Numbered from the stretch's first letter, positions 36,548 through 47,072 are shown. The stretch: 64,000 nucleotides of DNA from Collinsella aerofaciens (GCA_052344885.1 DAWDYI010000002.1:1546-65545); one strand, 5' to 3'. Made by a program: numbers and translations. The notes: generated by a model not told the origin, from the letters alone.

Positions 36548-36665
36548 GCAACGATTCCTTTCCGTCGCCTGTAAGCATCAAGTTATCCATGCATTCTACC
36601 AGCGCAAAAGCCTATGATGGGCAGAGTCCGTCGGTATCTACAAGACATGCGCGGGCCTAAGGATC

Positions 36666-36702
36666 AAAAAGCCCCGCCGGGCCTTGGTAGGCGCGACGGG
36701 GC
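36666..36702 (-). terminator. Rho-independent terminator after fhs
   Basis: Minus-strand GCCCCGUCG...CGGCGGGGC (one G-U pair) followed by UUUUU. Confidence 0.7.
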
Positions 36703-36727
36703 GGGCAAGCGGCTATGAGCAGCGAGC

Positions 36728-38395
36728 TTAGAACAGGCCGGTGATGTTGCCGTCGTTGTCGACGTCGATGTTCTCGGCCGCAGGGACCTTGGGCAGGCCC
36801 GGCATGGTCAGAACACTGCCAGTCAGTGCGACCACAAAGTGGGCGCCGGCGGAAACCTTGAGCTCACGCACCGTGATGCGGAAGTTCTCGGGAGCGCCCA
36901 GGGCCTTGGCGTTGTCGCTAAAGCTGTACTGCGTCTTGGCCACGCATACCGGCAGGTTGCCAAAGCCGTTCTCGCGCAGCTCGGCAAGCTGACGCTTGGC
37001 GGCCGGCGTAAAGTCAACGCCGTCGGCGCGGTAAACCTTGGTGGCAACAGCATCGAGGGCGTCGGCCACATCGGCGCCGTCCTCATAGGCAAACTTGAGC
37101 TCGCTCGGCTGCTCAATCAGACGCATGACCTCATCGGCCAGCTCGAGCGCGCCCTCGCCGCCCTTGGCCCAGACCTCGGAAAGCTTAACGTTGACGCCGA
37201 GCTTCTGGCACTCGGACTCGATGAGCGCAAGCTCGGCCTCGGTGTCCGTCGGGAAGCGGTTGATGGCGACCACGCAGGGCAGACCATAAACGTTCTGGAT
37301 GTTGTCGACGTGACGCAGCAGGTTGGGCATGCCAGCCTTGAGTGCCTCGAGGTTCTCCTCGTTGAGGTCGGCCTTGGCGACGCCACCGTTGTACTTCAGC
37401 GCACGAGCGGTCGCAACGACCACGACGGCGCTGGGGCGAACGCCCGTCATGCGGCACTTAATGTCGAGGAACTTTTCGGCGCCCAGATCGGCGCCGAAGC
37501 CGGCCTCGGTAATGGCGACATCGCCAAAACGCATGGCCATGCGCGTAGCCATGATGGAGTTGCAGCCGTGGGCAATGTTGGCGAAGGGACCGCCGTGGAC
37601 AAACGCGGGCGTGCCCTCGAGCGTTTGCACCAGGTTGGGCTTGAGCGCGTCCTTAAGCAACGCGGCCATGGCACCCTGGGCCTTAAGGTCGCGGGCACGG
37701 ACGGGCTCGCCGGCAAAGCTATAGCCGACGACAATCTCGCCCAGGCGCTCCTTGAGATCGCTGATGCTCGTAGACAGGCACAGGATTGCCATGACCTCGG
37801 AGGCGACGGTGATATCGAAGCCGTCCTCGCGCGGCACGCCCTGAGCCTTACCGCCAATGCCGTCGATGACGTGGCGCAGCTGACGGTCGTTCATATCGAC
37901 GACGCGCTTCCAAGTGATGCGCTTAACGTCAATACCGAGCTGGTTGCCCTGCTGGATGTGGTTATCGAGCATGGCGGCCAGCAGGTTGTTGGCAGCACCG
38001 ATGGCATGGAAGTCGCCGGTAAAGTGCAGGTTGATGTCCTCCATGGGAATGACCTGGGCCCAACCGCCGCCAGCGGCACCGCCCTTGACGCCAAAGACGG
38101 GACCGAGCGAAGGCTCACGCAGGGCCACGGCGCTCTTGATACCGCGACGACGCAGGCCATCGGCCAGACCGATGGTCGTGGTGGTCTTGCCCTCGCCCGC
38201 GGGCGTTGGGTTGATAGCGGTCACGAGGACGAGCTTGGCCTGGTGATCAGTCGGCTCGTTGAGCAGTGAATAGTCGACCTTAGCCTTGTCGAAGCCGTAC
38301 GGAATAAGGTGCTTAACGTCGACGCCGGCGTTCTTGGCCACCTCGGTAATAGGCAGCGGCGTGACAGAACGTGCGATTTCGATGTCAGTAGGCAT
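36728..38395 (-). CDS. fhs: Formate--tetrahydrofolate ligase
   Basis: [11 protein letters not shown]..., [14 protein letters not shown], and the end-to-end FTHFS pattern. Confidence 0.95.
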   Translation of the reverse strand: MPTDIEIARSVTPLPITEVAKNAGVDVKHLIPYGFDKAKVDYSLLNEPTDHQAKLVLVTAINPTPAGEGKTTTTIGLADGLRRRGIKSAVALREPSLGPVFGVKGGAAGGGWAQVIPMEDINLHFTGDFHAIGAANNLLAAMLDNHIQQGNQLGIDVKRITWKRVVDMNDRQLRHVIDGIGGKAQGVPREDGFDITVASEVMAILCLSTSISDLKERLGEIVVGYSFAGEPVRARDLKAQGAMAALLKDALKPNLVQTLEGTPAFVHGGPFANIAHGCNSIMATRMAMRFGDVAITEAGFGADLGAEKFLDIKCRMTGVRPSAVVVVATARALKYNGGVAKADLNEENLEALKAGMPNLLRHVDNIQNVYGLPCVVAINRFPTDTEAELALIESECQKLGVNVKLSEVWAKGGEGALELADEVMRLIEQPSELKFAYEDGADVADALDAVATKVYRADGVDFTPAAKRQLAELRENGFGNLPVCVAKTQYSFSDNAKALGAPENFRITVRELKVSAGAHFVVALTGSVLTMPGLPKVPAAENIDVDNDGNITGLF

Positions 38396-38539
38396 GGGCG
38401 GTCCTTTCGTTACCGAATGAGAAAAAGACCAATTCAGCATAGCACGGGCGCGCAACAGTAAAACGCCCATAACCGATGAACGGCGATATGTTTACCCGAT
38501 GCCCAGCGATAGTCCAACAGCCCGCCAAAACAAAACGCC

Positions 38540-39607
38540 CTAAACGGTAGGTTCAATCCCCAGGTGCTCAAAGGTGCGGAGGGTTGCCTGACGGCCCTGC
38601 GGCGTACGAATCATCAATCCGCACTGCAGCAAATAGGGCTCATAGACATCCTCGAGCGTGCCTGGGTCCTCGCCCACCGCGCTGGCAAGGGTCGTAAGTC
38701 CCACGGCGCGACCGGAGAACGTCTTGGCGAGCGTCTCCAAAATGCGAATATCCATCCAGTCCAGACCGAGCTCGTCGATCTCGAAGAACTCGAGCGCCTG
38801 GCGACAGATATCGAGCTCGATGGGGCCGTTGCCGCGCACCTGTGCGTAATCGCGCACGCGCTTGAGCAGACGGTTGGCAAGACGTGGCGTGCCGCGCGAA
38901 CGCGAGCCGATCTCGAGTGCACTGGGATGGTCGATCGTCACGCCCAGGATAGTCGCCGAGCGCGTCACAATCTGCGCGAGCTCCTCGACCGTGTAGTAAT
39001 CCAGGCGATATGAAATGCCAAAGCGGTCGCGCAACGGGCCGGTCAACATGCCTGAGCGGGTCGTTGCCGCCACCAGCGTAAACTTGGGGATATCCAGGCG
39101 AATCGAGCGCGCCGCCGGACCCTTGCCAATCACGATATCGAGGGCAAAGTCCTCCATCGCGGGGTACAGGACCTCCTCGACCGAACGGTTGAGGCGGTGG
39201 ATCTCGTCGATAAACAGCACATCGCCCGGCTGCAAGTTAGTAAGGATGGCCGCCAGGTCGCCCGTGCGCGCGATGGCAGGGCCACTCGTGGTCTTGATCT
39301 GAGCGCCCAGCTCGTTGGCGATAACGGTGGCCAGCGTGGTCTTGCCCAGGCCCGGAGGACCCGAGAAGATCACGTGGTCGAGCGTCTCGCCACGGCTCTG
39401 CGCCGCTTCGATCAACACGCGCAGGCTCTGCTTGATGTGCTCCTGGCCGCAGTAATCGTCCAGGCGCTGAGGGCGCAAAGTGCGGTCGACATCGAGATCC
39501 TCGGCCGTCAGCTCCGAGCCCACCATGCGCTCGCCGTGCGCCATGGATGCCGCCGGCGAGTTACCGGGCGTCGCCCACAAGTCCTGAGAGTCATCGGCTT
39601 CCCACAT
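38540..39607 (-). CDS. ruvB: Holliday junction branch-migration helicase RuvB
   Basis: [27 protein letters not shown] and LFIDEIHRL. The ATG at 39607 overlaps the ruvA stop; a GTG at 39610 is an alternative. Confidence 0.95.
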   Translation of the reverse strand: MWEADDSQDLWATPGNSPAASMAHGERMVGSELTAEDLDVDRTLRPQRLDDYCGQEHIKQSLRVLIEAAQSRGETLDHVIFSGPPGLGKTTLATVIANELGAQIKTTSGPAIARTGDLAAILTNLQPGDVLFIDEIHRLNRSVEEVLYPAMEDFALDIVIGKGPAARSIRLDIPKFTLVAATTRSGMLTGPLRDRFGISYRLDYYTVEELAQIVTRSATILGVTIDHPSALEIGSRSRGTPRLANRLLKRVRDYAQVRGNGPIELDICRQALEFFEIDELGLDWMDIRILETLAKTFSGRAVGLTTLASAVGEDPGTLEDVYEPYLLQCGLMIRTPQGRQATLRTFEHLGIEPTV

Positions 39608-40227
39608 CACGCATCCATTCCGAGTCGCTTAAGCGCCGCGCCGAGCAGATCCTCGACACGCATATTCTGCCCATCATACCCGCTCAGGGCAACATCGGTC
39701 TCCTGCGGGCTAAAGCCCATGGAAAGGAGCGCCGCACGGGCATCATCGATCACCGAGGGAGCGGCAGCGGGCACGGGCATCGCAACCTGTCCGGAAATCA
39801 CGTCGACCGGCACAAAGCCCTTATCCTTGGCAAAGGTGCTCTTGAGTTCCAGGATCAGGCGCTGAGCTGTCTTTTTGCCCACACCGGGTACCTTGGCCAT
39901 GCCCTTGTCGTCCTCGGCCATCACCAGCGAATACAGCTGCCCCACGGTATAGGTGGAAAGCACGGCGAGCGCCAGGCGCGGGCCAACGCCCGAAACGGAC
40001 ACGAGCCGGTCGAACATCGTGCGCTCATCCTTTGAGGAAAAACCGAAAAGTGTCATGGCGTCCTCGCGCACCTGCATACGCGTGTAGAGGCGGACCTCGC
40101 CGCCGGGCGTCGGCAACGTGGCCGCAGTGCTGCCCGAGATGCCGAGCTCAAAGCCAACGCCCGACACATCGACGACAGCCGAGCTCATCGTGGCCTCGAC
40201 AAGCGTTCCGTGGAGCTGGGAGATCAT
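39607..40227 (-). CDS. ruvA: Holliday junction DNA-binding protein RuvA
   Basis: [11 protein letters not shown]..., [14 protein letters not shown] and [17 protein letters not shown]. The ATG at 40227 overlaps the ruvC stop by 1 nt. Confidence 0.9.
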   Translation of the reverse strand: MISQLHGTLVEATMSSAVVDVSGVGFELGISGSTAATLPTPGGEVRLYTRMQVREDAMTLFGFSSKDERTMFDRLVSVSGVGPRLALAVLSTYTVGQLYSLVMAEDDKGMAKVPGVGKKTAQRLILELKSTFAKDKGFVPVDVISGQVAMPVPAAAPSVIDDARAALLSMGFSPQETDVALSGYDGQNMRVEDLLGAALKRLGMDA

Positions 40228-40748
40228 CAGTATCCGGTTCCTCTCTGTTGATAGAACTCGCCACCGGTGAGGGCGCGGGTGCGGCTGAGGTTTACGTGGC
40301 AGATGGCGCAGGCCAGGGCATCGGCGGCATGGTCGGGATGCGGGTCGTGGTCGAGCTGTGTTAGAGTGCGTACCATGTAGGCGACCTGCCGCTTGTCCGC
40401 GGCGCCGGTGCCCACCACAGCCTGTTTGATCTGCATGGGCGTGTACTCGCCAATCTCGAGCGCGCATTCCGAAAGCGCTACGAGTGCAGCACCGCGGGCA
40501 TGCGCCGTGGGGATGGCCGAACGAACGTTGGCGCCAAAGTAGATACTCTCGACAGCAGCCGTGTCGGGTCGATAACGCTCGACGACATCCTTAAGGTCAC
40601 GGGCGATATGCGACAGGCGCACCGCGAGCGGACTTCCGGCACTGGTCTCGATGCAGCCATAGGCACGGCAGCGAACCTCGCCGCGCCGCTCCTCGATAAT
40701 CCCCCAACCCGTATGGGCCAAACCGGGGTCGATGCCCAAGATAACCAA
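40227..40748 (-). CDS. ruvC: Crossover junction endodeoxyribonuclease RuvC
   Basis: (M)VILGIDPGLAHTGWGII... and DAADALACAICH. TTG at 40748 follows GGGGAGG; the track ORF extends to 40769. Confidence 0.9.
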   Translation of the reverse strand: MVILGIDPGLAHTGWGIIEERRGEVRCRAYGCIETSAGSPLAVRLSHIARDLKDVVERYRPDTAAVESIYFGANVRSAIPTAHARGAALVALSECALEIGEYTPMQIKQAVVGTGAADKRQVAYMVRTLTQLDHDPHPDHAADALACAICHVNLSRTRALTGGEFYQQRGTGY

Positions 40749-40803
40749 GCCAACCTCCCCTCGCCACAAGCACAGCGCAAGACAAGGCCCCGCGCATCAT
40801 TCA

Positions 40804-40817
40804 CGAACGTCTGTTCT
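40804..40817. promoter_or_regulatory. LexA/SOS (Cheo-type) box upstream of ruvC
   Basis: CGAACGTCTGTTCT matches GAAC-N4-GTTC. It lies about 56-69 nt upstream of the ruvC start. Confidence 0.55.
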
Positions 40818-40884
40818 AGAATAACACAACGCTAGCCCTATAAGTCAGCCGAGATCGAATTGTAGGTTGAGTATACGCAAGCGA

Positions 40885-40982
40885 GCGCCCGCCAGAGCGA
40901 GCAAGGTGCCTTGAAAGAGGAGGGCATTGACCTGGCGGTCATGTCCGACGATTGAAAGGCAGATTGCCGCTCTGGCGGGCGC
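40885..40982. repeat. 98-nt long hairpin (15-bp perfect outer inverted repeat plus inner pairings)
   Basis: GCGCCCGCCAGAGCG (40885-40899) pairs with CGCTCTGGCGGGCGC (40968-40982). Inner pairs are GCAA/TTGC and TGCCTT (40907-40912) with AAGGCA (40956-40961). It lies between the nadE-like stop and the ruvC promoter. Confidence 0.6.
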
Positions 40983-40990
40983 GCAGCGAC

Positions 40991-42976
40991 CTAGTTCTGA
41001 GAGAAGAACGGAAATTGTCGGGGATCAACCGGCGGATGCGGCATCGGGCCACCCTGGGGCCCACCCTGCGGGCCACCCTGGCCGCCCATCATCTTATCGA
41101 TGGCGTCCTGAACCTCGCCCTCGAACTTTTTCATTCCCTCGTGTAAACGACGCTGACCGTCCTCAGAGCGCAGCTCCTCCATTTGCTCGGGCGAAATACC
41201 CAGTAGCTCGCCCAGCACGCCCATCATCTCGTTTCGCACGCGCTCGCTCGTATCCTCGTCAGCAAAACGGCGCACCTCGGCGCGCGCCAGCGAATCGACC
41301 GTCATACGCTCCTTGCCGTTAAGCCCCAGGTCGGACCACGCGAGCATATACGGCCAGGCACGCTCGGCAAACGAACGGGCCGAGACGATCGGCGTCATCG
41401 GCAACATGCGGCGGGCAGCCTCACCCTGTCGAACGAGCATCAGCAGCAGCGAGCAGGCCTCAGGCTTGCCAGCGGCCATCGGGATGTCGTCGAAAGATCG
41501 ATTGCGGTCCACGTGCGCCTCGAGCGCGCCATCGACCTCACCCGGCTCAAGCCCGCCGAGCAGCTGTGCCGCACGGTCGAGCATATCGACCGGACCGTCG
41601 AGCGTCGAGAGCGCCTGCGCCAGCACGCGCTCCATACAATCTTCCACTGCGTTGAGCGTCACGAGCTCTTGGGGCACCACGGCAGACGTGCGGTTGCGCA
41701 CACGCGCCACAAACTCAAGCGTCGACAGGTACACATCGCCAAAGGGCGCAAAGTCGCCCTGGTAGCCGCCGCAAAGCGCCGGCGCCGCCAGCGCGTACTC
41801 AGTTTTGGACAGCGGGCTCAGCGCCATCGCACCCAGCTCGAGCGCCGTATCCTCCAGCATCAGGCCCAGCGTGCGCGAGCGCAGGCGCTCGGCATCGCCC
41901 GCCGACACGTCGCGATCGAGCACGCGCGCCGCATCCGGTGCATCGCGCTCGACGGTGCGAATGTGCAGACGCTCGGCGATGGCGCGGACGGCGACACAGC
42001 GGGCAGCCTCGGCTTCTTCCTGCGCCGGCGTAAAGATACGGTTGCGCCCCAGCACCAGGCCAATCACATTGCGCGGGCCCAGAGCGTCGACGGCCAGCGC
42101 CGCCAGCAGGGACGACGGCAAGTCACCCTCGAGTGCCACCACAGCACGCGACGCACCGTGGGCTCGGGCGTTGTCGCGCACGGCGAGCACCAGCGCCTGC
42201 CACAGCCACTCCTCGGAACGGAACTCGGGCAGTTCGTGATCCTCCAGGGCATCGAGCATCACGCCGCGCTGAATCTCCTGAACCATCAGGCTCTCCTCAA
42301 AGCACGGCGCCTGGGCCACCACGCGACCGCAGTCGTCGAGCACAAACGAACCGCCGGTATACACCGACTCGTCATAGGCACCGACCGGCGCCATGCAGGC
42401 AAACCACACGCTGCGCTTGGATGCGATCTTGCGGTAGGCGCCGCTGCGAACGGCAGCAATGGCGGCAGTCTCGCGGTCGGTCATGTCAAACGCGTTGAAT
42501 TGGAAATACGCAATGAGGTCAACACCGGTCGGCAGCATCTCGAGTTCGCGGTCCAAGTCAAAAATCACGGCGATGCGCACGCCGTCCACGTCGAACACCG
42601 GCGGCGCCCAACGTGTGTCGTTGTTCTCGCCACGCTGCAGGGCAATGCTCGAACGCGCCGGCACCACATGACCGTCCTTGAGCATCATGTAGTCGAGCAG
42701 CGGCTGGCCCTCAAACGAAACCGCCGCGGGCACGATGCAGATCATGTCAAGCTCCTGGATACGCTCGGCGACACCAGTCAAACCGGCAAGCACGTCGTGC
42801 TCAAAGTCGGCAGCGCCCACCAGGCCACCGGGCATGGCGCCCATAAAGAGCGGAGCCGGAACGCACAGCACGCGCGCTCCGCGCACGTGGGCCAGACGAG
42901 CCTGGTCCTCGATGCGGCCGCAAATGCCCTCAATATCACCCAGGCGCATATCGATCTGTGCAAGCGCGAGCTTCAT
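40991..42976 (-). CDS. Glutamine-dependent NAD+ synthetase (NadE)-like protein with degenerate catalytic motifs
   Basis: 661 aa with a two-domain layout (CN-hydrolase-like N-terminus MKLALAQIDMRLGD..., then a NAD-synthase-like domain). PAPLF stands where P-E-L is expected, IFDLD where I-C-E-D is expected, and EGDLPS where SGGxDS is expected. The C-terminal tail contains GGPQGGPQGGP. Confidence 0.75.
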   Translation of the reverse strand: MKLALAQIDMRLGDIEGICGRIEDQARLAHVRGARVLCVPAPLFMGAMPGGLVGAADFEHDVLAGLTGVAERIQELDMICIVPAAVSFEGQPLLDYMMLKDGHVVPARSSIALQRGENNDTRWAPPVFDVDGVRIAVIFDLDRELEMLPTGVDLIAYFQFNAFDMTDRETAAIAAVRSGAYRKIASKRSVWFACMAPVGAYDESVYTGGSFVLDDCGRVVAQAPCFEESLMVQEIQRGVMLDALEDHELPEFRSEEWLWQALVLAVRDNARAHGASRAVVALEGDLPSSLLAALAVDALGPRNVIGLVLGRNRIFTPAQEEAEAARCVAVRAIAERLHIRTVERDAPDAARVLDRDVSAGDAERLRSRTLGLMLEDTALELGAMALSPLSKTEYALAAPALCGGYQGDFAPFGDVYLSTLEFVARVRNRTSAVVPQELVTLNAVEDCMERVLAQALSTLDGPVDMLDRAAQLLGGLEPGEVDGALEAHVDRNRSFDDIPMAAGKPEACSLLLMLVRQGEAARRMLPMTPIVSARSFAERAWPYMLAWSDLGLNGKERMTVDSLARAEVRRFADEDTSERVRNEMMGVLGELLGISPEQMEELRSEDGQRRLHEGMKKFEGEVQDAIDKMMGGQGGPQGGPQGGPMPHPPVDPRQFPFFSQN

Positions 42977-43093
42977 GGCTCAGCCCTTTCCGTCGTAAAC
43001 CATCGAAATCGTAGTAAGAGCGCCGGCCGCATAATGCAGTCGGCGCTTACATGTGCATATGCTAGCTATGATACCCCGAGCGGGGGCGCGCTC

Positions 43094-43456
43094 CTAGAAT
43101 GTCGCGGACCACAGCCCGTGCAAGTTGCAGTAGGCATAGACGGTACCGGTCTTGGAGCCGCCCGCGAAAAACGTCGCGGGTTTCATGCCGGGCTCAAGGT
43201 AATGGACCTCCAAGCGGCCCTCGGCCTCAAGGGCGATCCACTCAATGTAGTGCTCGGGCAGGCTGGGGTGCTCGACCGAGCCAACGCGTGCGCGAATCAC
43301 GTGACCGTCACGCTCGGTCTCGACAACAGGCACGTGCTTCTCGTGCGCCGCGTCCTCAGTGTTTGCAGTCAGTTCCGTGCAACCGGCAGGGGTCGCAACG
43401 TCGTCGCCAAGGGCGGCGATGAGCTTGCCGTCGGGGTCCTTAAAGAATTTCGCCAT
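43094..43456 (-). CDS. Superoxide reductase (desulfoferrodoxin ferrous-iron-binding domain family)
   Basis: 120 aa from the ATG at 43456. EKHVPVV..., HPSLPEHYIEWIAL and YAYCNLHGLW (His/Cys ligand contexts). Confidence 0.85.
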   Translation of the reverse strand: MAKFFKDPDGKLIAALGDDVATPAGCTELTANTEDAAHEKHVPVVETERDGHVIRARVGSVEHPSLPEHYIEWIALEAEGRLEVHYLEPGMKPATFFAGGSKTGTVYAYCNLHGLWSATF

Positions 43457-43607
43457 GATGTTCTCCTTTGCTGATGTGCCAATGTTCTTGATGGTTCTTA
43501 TGCCCAAAGGCAGACAAACCATCCACGGCATTGCAAATGAACACATAACGGGCGGGGACGATGGGACAGCGTGTGCCATCCGCCCTGACGGCCCCACCCG
43601 CGCGCGG

Positions 43608-46600
43608 CTAGCGCCCGTCGCCGCCGAGCAGCGCCAGGACATCCTCGCGCGTGAACAGTGCCGACGAGATGCCGTCGCCGCCGAGCACGCTGTTGACCAG
43701 ATCGCGCTTGGACTCCTGCATCTGCATAATGCGCTCCTCGATCGTGTCCTTGGCGATGAGCTTGTACACGGTCACGGTATGTTGCTGGCCAATACGGTGT
43801 GCACGGTCAGTCGCTTGGTCCTGCGCCGCCACGTTCCACCACGGGTCGTAGTGGATGACCACGTCGGCAGCCGTCAGGTTAAGGCCCACGCCGCCCGCCT
43901 TAAGCGAAATCAAAAAGACCGGAACCTCGCCCGCTTGGAACTGCGCGACCATCTTGGCGCGGCTCTCCTTAGACGAAGCGCCCGTGAGCTTAAGGAAGAC
44001 GATGTCCTCCTTGGCCAAGCGCTTACCGATGATATCGAGCATACCCGTAAACTGGCTGAACAACAGGATGCGATGTCCGCCGTCGTGGGCGCCGTGCACG
44101 AGCTCCATGCACGTATCGAGTTTGGCGCTCCCCGCCTTGTAATCCTCGTAGTGTAGACGCGGGTCGCAGCAGATCTGGCGCAGCTTGGTGAGCTCGGCGA
44201 GCACCTTGAGCTTGTCTTTCTTAAACTCGGATGACTCGCGGTGCTGCACCTGTTGGGCGATACGGTCCTGGTTGGCCAGGTAGAGCTTGCGCTGCTCGCC
44301 GGTGAGCTGCGCCATGACCGTATCCTCGATCTTCTCGGGCAGGTCGGCCACCACGTCTTCCTTGACACGGCGCAGCACAAACGGCGACACGAGCGCTTGC
44401 AGGCGAGCGGCACTGTCGCCCTCGGCATGCTCGACCGGGCTTTCGAAGCGCTTTGCAAACGATTCACGCGTGCCGAGCAGGCCCGGCATTAAAAAGTCGA
44501 AGATGCTCCAGAGCTCGGATAGGCGGTTTTCGATGGGCGTGCCCGTCAGGGCAAAGCGCACGCCGGCAGGCAAGCGCTTTGCGGCGCGCGCCACCTGGGT
44601 GAGCGGGTTTTTAATGTACTGGGCCTCATCGAGCACCGCACGGGCAAAGTCCTGCTCGGCGTACTCGTCGATATCGCGCCGCATAAGGTCATACGACGTC
44701 ACGACCACGTTATGCTCGGCCACGCCGGCAATCTGTACGCGACGCTGCGCCTTGGCGCCCACGATGGCGCACACATCGAGCGAGGGCGCAAAGCGCTCCA
44801 GCTCGGCAGTCCAGTTGTACACGAGTGAGGCCGGGCATACCACGAGCGTGGGCTTGGTGTCCCCCGCCTCCACGCGCGCCAGGATATGCGCGATCATCTG
44901 GAGCGTTTTGCCCAGGCCCATGTCGTCGGCCAGGATGCCGCCAAGGCCCAGGTGTTCGAGCGAGCCGAGCCACTGGTAGCCGTCGACCTGATAGCCGCGC
45001 AGTGTGGCCTTGAGCGAGACCGGCACCGTAAAGTCCATCTTGCCGAGCGTGTCCAGACGCTCGACGGTACGGCGGAACGCAGCGTCGCGATCGGCCTCAA
45101 GCGCCGGCGTGCGCGCAAGCATGCTATCGACGAACAGGGTACTCGACGCGGGGAGCGACACGCCGTCGAGCAGGTCGACAGCATCGACACCCAGGTCCTC
45201 GGCAAGGCCAAACGCGGCGCGGGCGCCCTCGTCCAGGCGAATGATGTCGCCGGACGTAAGGCGCGCAAACGTCTGGTGGCGCTTGTACGAGTCCAGATAG
45301 ATGGCAAGGTCGGCCGCCGAAAGACCGCTCGCGCCCAATTCAACATCGAGCAGGTTGCTCTTGACGGTCGCACGCACCGAAAGCTTGGGCGCGGGACGGA
45401 CCGAAATCTGGCGCAGACGGTCGCTGAGCATAACCTCACCCAACTCGGACAGGGCAGACAGGCCCTCGGTCAGCAGGCAGAACAAGCTCTCGTCATCGCG
45501 TTCCTCAAACGCCAGACCGCCCTCGTAAAAGTCGAAATACAGGGCCGCCGTATCCATAACGCGAAACTCTGCCACCTCGTCGCGGGGCGGCACGCCCGGG
45601 CGCTGCTCTTCGAAGGGGCTGCCCGGAGCGCCCAGACTAAAGAGGTCTGCCGACCAGTCGCCGTAGGTAACCGTAATTTTGCAGGTCACGAGCCCATCGT
45701 CGACGCCGATTGCCATAGCAAAGCTCGGCTCGGGCGCCACGGTATCGAGCGCAGCGGGCGCGGTAAGGTCGGTATAGTCGCGCAAAATGGGCAGAGCCAT
45801 ACGACAGAACTCCCCCACCTGGTCGGCAGCGATATGGACTGGCGTGCGACAGGGCAGCAAGCGCGATAGGAACGGCGCCGCATGCTGGGCAAACGCCACA
45901 TCGGTGCGGCGCGCACGGCGGGTGTCGACCAGATAAGCTACGTCGCCCGAAGCAAAGCAGTATGCATCGACCGGCAGGCGCAGATCGTAGCTACCACCAG
46001 CCGCCGGCGCGATTTTGGCGGCAAGGAGCGGTGGGCGCTTAGCGGACGCCTCGTCCTCCCCTTGCGGAGACAGCTCAACCGCCACGTCATAGGTGCGATG
46101 CGTCGTCGTCCCCCGCGACCAGGCGGGCTCAAAAGAGATGGTCTGGCCGCGCAGCAGGTCCAGCACATATACGATGCTATGCTCGGACAGCGGCAACTGA
46201 CGCTCGGCGACAAAACCGCTGCGGGCAAAGTCGTACGACGCCGAACGCGAGCTTGTGATGTCATCGAGATAGGCAACTGTCGTCAAGACAAGGCTGAGCA
46301 GCTTTGTCGACACATCTTCGAAGGCTTCGGGCGTATGGACAAACGTGAGCTTCTTGCCGTACGAGAAGGTGCCGCCGCGCACGTAGGCATCGGCCATGCC
46401 GTCGATATCCTTGACCACGTAGGACACCGAACCGCAGCGAATGCGGAACTCGAGCGCCCAGCTAAAGCGGTCGGCGAACAGCGGATTGTAGTACGGCACC
46501 AACGAGGGCTCCAACGCCGCTTTGGGGGCGTCGGGACCAACGGCACCGGCAAGCTTGCGGCGCATGCTCGCCAGCTCATCCATGCGCGCGTTCGAAAGAT

Positions 46601-47072
46601 CGGAGAGCGCCGCCATGAGGCTGGGACTCGTGGGAACTGGCGCCGGGAAGGGAAAGTTAGGGTTGACCGCCGGTGCGGCGGACGCGGGACGCACGGCTTG
46701 CTTGGGCGCCGCCGTAAACGTGCGAACCGGCGTGCGCAGCCCCTCAACGGGCTCAATGCCGCTGGCGTCCAGGTACGCCAGCGCCGTGGCGATGGCGTGC
46801 TTGCACATGCCGGGGTAGCGATAGGCAGCGGGGCAATCGCAGCCGTAGTCGATCACCTCGCGCTCGTCCATGTCGAGCGCCACGTGCGTCTTGTACAGGT
46901 CACCGCGCGAGCCGCGCACTGAGCCCTCAACCGTCACGTTTTTGGAGAAGCGCGAGCCGCTGTCTTCGATCGACAGCACGGCGCCGTTGAGCATGAGCGA
47001 GCGGCCCTTCATAAAGGTGCCGCTCAGCGCCGCCTCTTTCCGGAGCGCCTGCACAAACGTCCCCTGTGCCAT
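43608..47072 (-). CDS. SWIM zinc-finger / SNF2-family helicase
   Basis: GGAGGA then ATG at 47072. SWIM motif: CDCPAAYRYPGMCKH. SNF2 motifs: ILADDMGLGKT and DEAQYIKN. Helicase C segments: GGVGLNLTAADVVIHYDPWWN and QATDRAHRIGQ. Confidence 0.9.
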   Translation of the reverse strand: MAQGTFVQALRKEAALSGTFMKGRSLMLNGAVLSIEDSGSRFSKNVTVEGSVRGSRGDLYKTHVALDMDEREVIDYGCDCPAAYRYPGMCKHAIATALAYLDASGIEPVEGLRTPVRTFTAAPKQAVRPASAAPAVNPNFPFPAPVPTSPSLMAALSDLSNARMDELASMRRKLAGAVGPDAPKAALEPSLVPYYNPLFADRFSWALEFRIRCGSVSYVVKDIDGMADAYVRGGTFSYGKKLTFVHTPEAFEDVSTKLLSLVLTTVAYLDDITSSRSASYDFARSGFVAERQLPLSEHSIVYVLDLLRGQTISFEPAWSRGTTTHRTYDVAVELSPQGEDEASAKRPPLLAAKIAPAAGGSYDLRLPVDAYCFASGDVAYLVDTRRARRTDVAFAQHAAPFLSRLLPCRTPVHIAADQVGEFCRMALPILRDYTDLTAPAALDTVAPEPSFAMAIGVDDGLVTCKITVTYGDWSADLFSLGAPGSPFEEQRPGVPPRDEVAEFRVMDTAALYFDFYEGGLAFEERDDESLFCLLTEGLSALSELGEVMLSDRLRQISVRPAPKLSVRATVKSNLLDVELGASGLSAADLAIYLDSYKRHQTFARLTSGDIIRLDEGARAAFGLAEDLGVDAVDLLDGVSLPASSTLFVDSMLARTPALEADRDAAFRRTVERLDTLGKMDFTVPVSLKATLRGYQVDGYQWLGSLEHLGLGGILADDMGLGKTLQMIAHILARVEAGDTKPTLVVCPASLVYNWTAELERFAPSLDVCAIVGAKAQRRVQIAGVAEHNVVVTSYDLMRRDIDEYAEQDFARAVLDEAQYIKNPLTQVARAAKRLPAGVRFALTGTPIENRLSELWSIFDFLMPGLLGTRESFAKRFESPVEHAEGDSAARLQALVSPFVLRRVKEDVVADLPEKIEDTVMAQLTGEQRKLYLANQDRIAQQVQHRESSEFKKDKLKVLAELTKLRQICCDPRLHYEDYKAGSAKLDTCMELVHGAHDGGHRILLFSQFTGMLDIIGKRLAKEDIVFLKLTGASSKESRAKMVAQFQAGEVPVFLISLKAGGVGLNLTAADVVIHYDPWWNVAAQDQATDRAHRIGQQHTVTVYKLIAKDTIEERIMQMQESKRDLVNSVLGGDGISSALFTREDVLALLGGDGR

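Noticed and set aside
38396-38539. Possible ZTP (pfl) riboswitch upstream of fhs
   Set aside because: Only a weak resemblance (UCGCUGGGCA versus the conserved CCGCCUGGGCA). The required 5' subdomain would have to lie inside ruvB and is not recognisable there.
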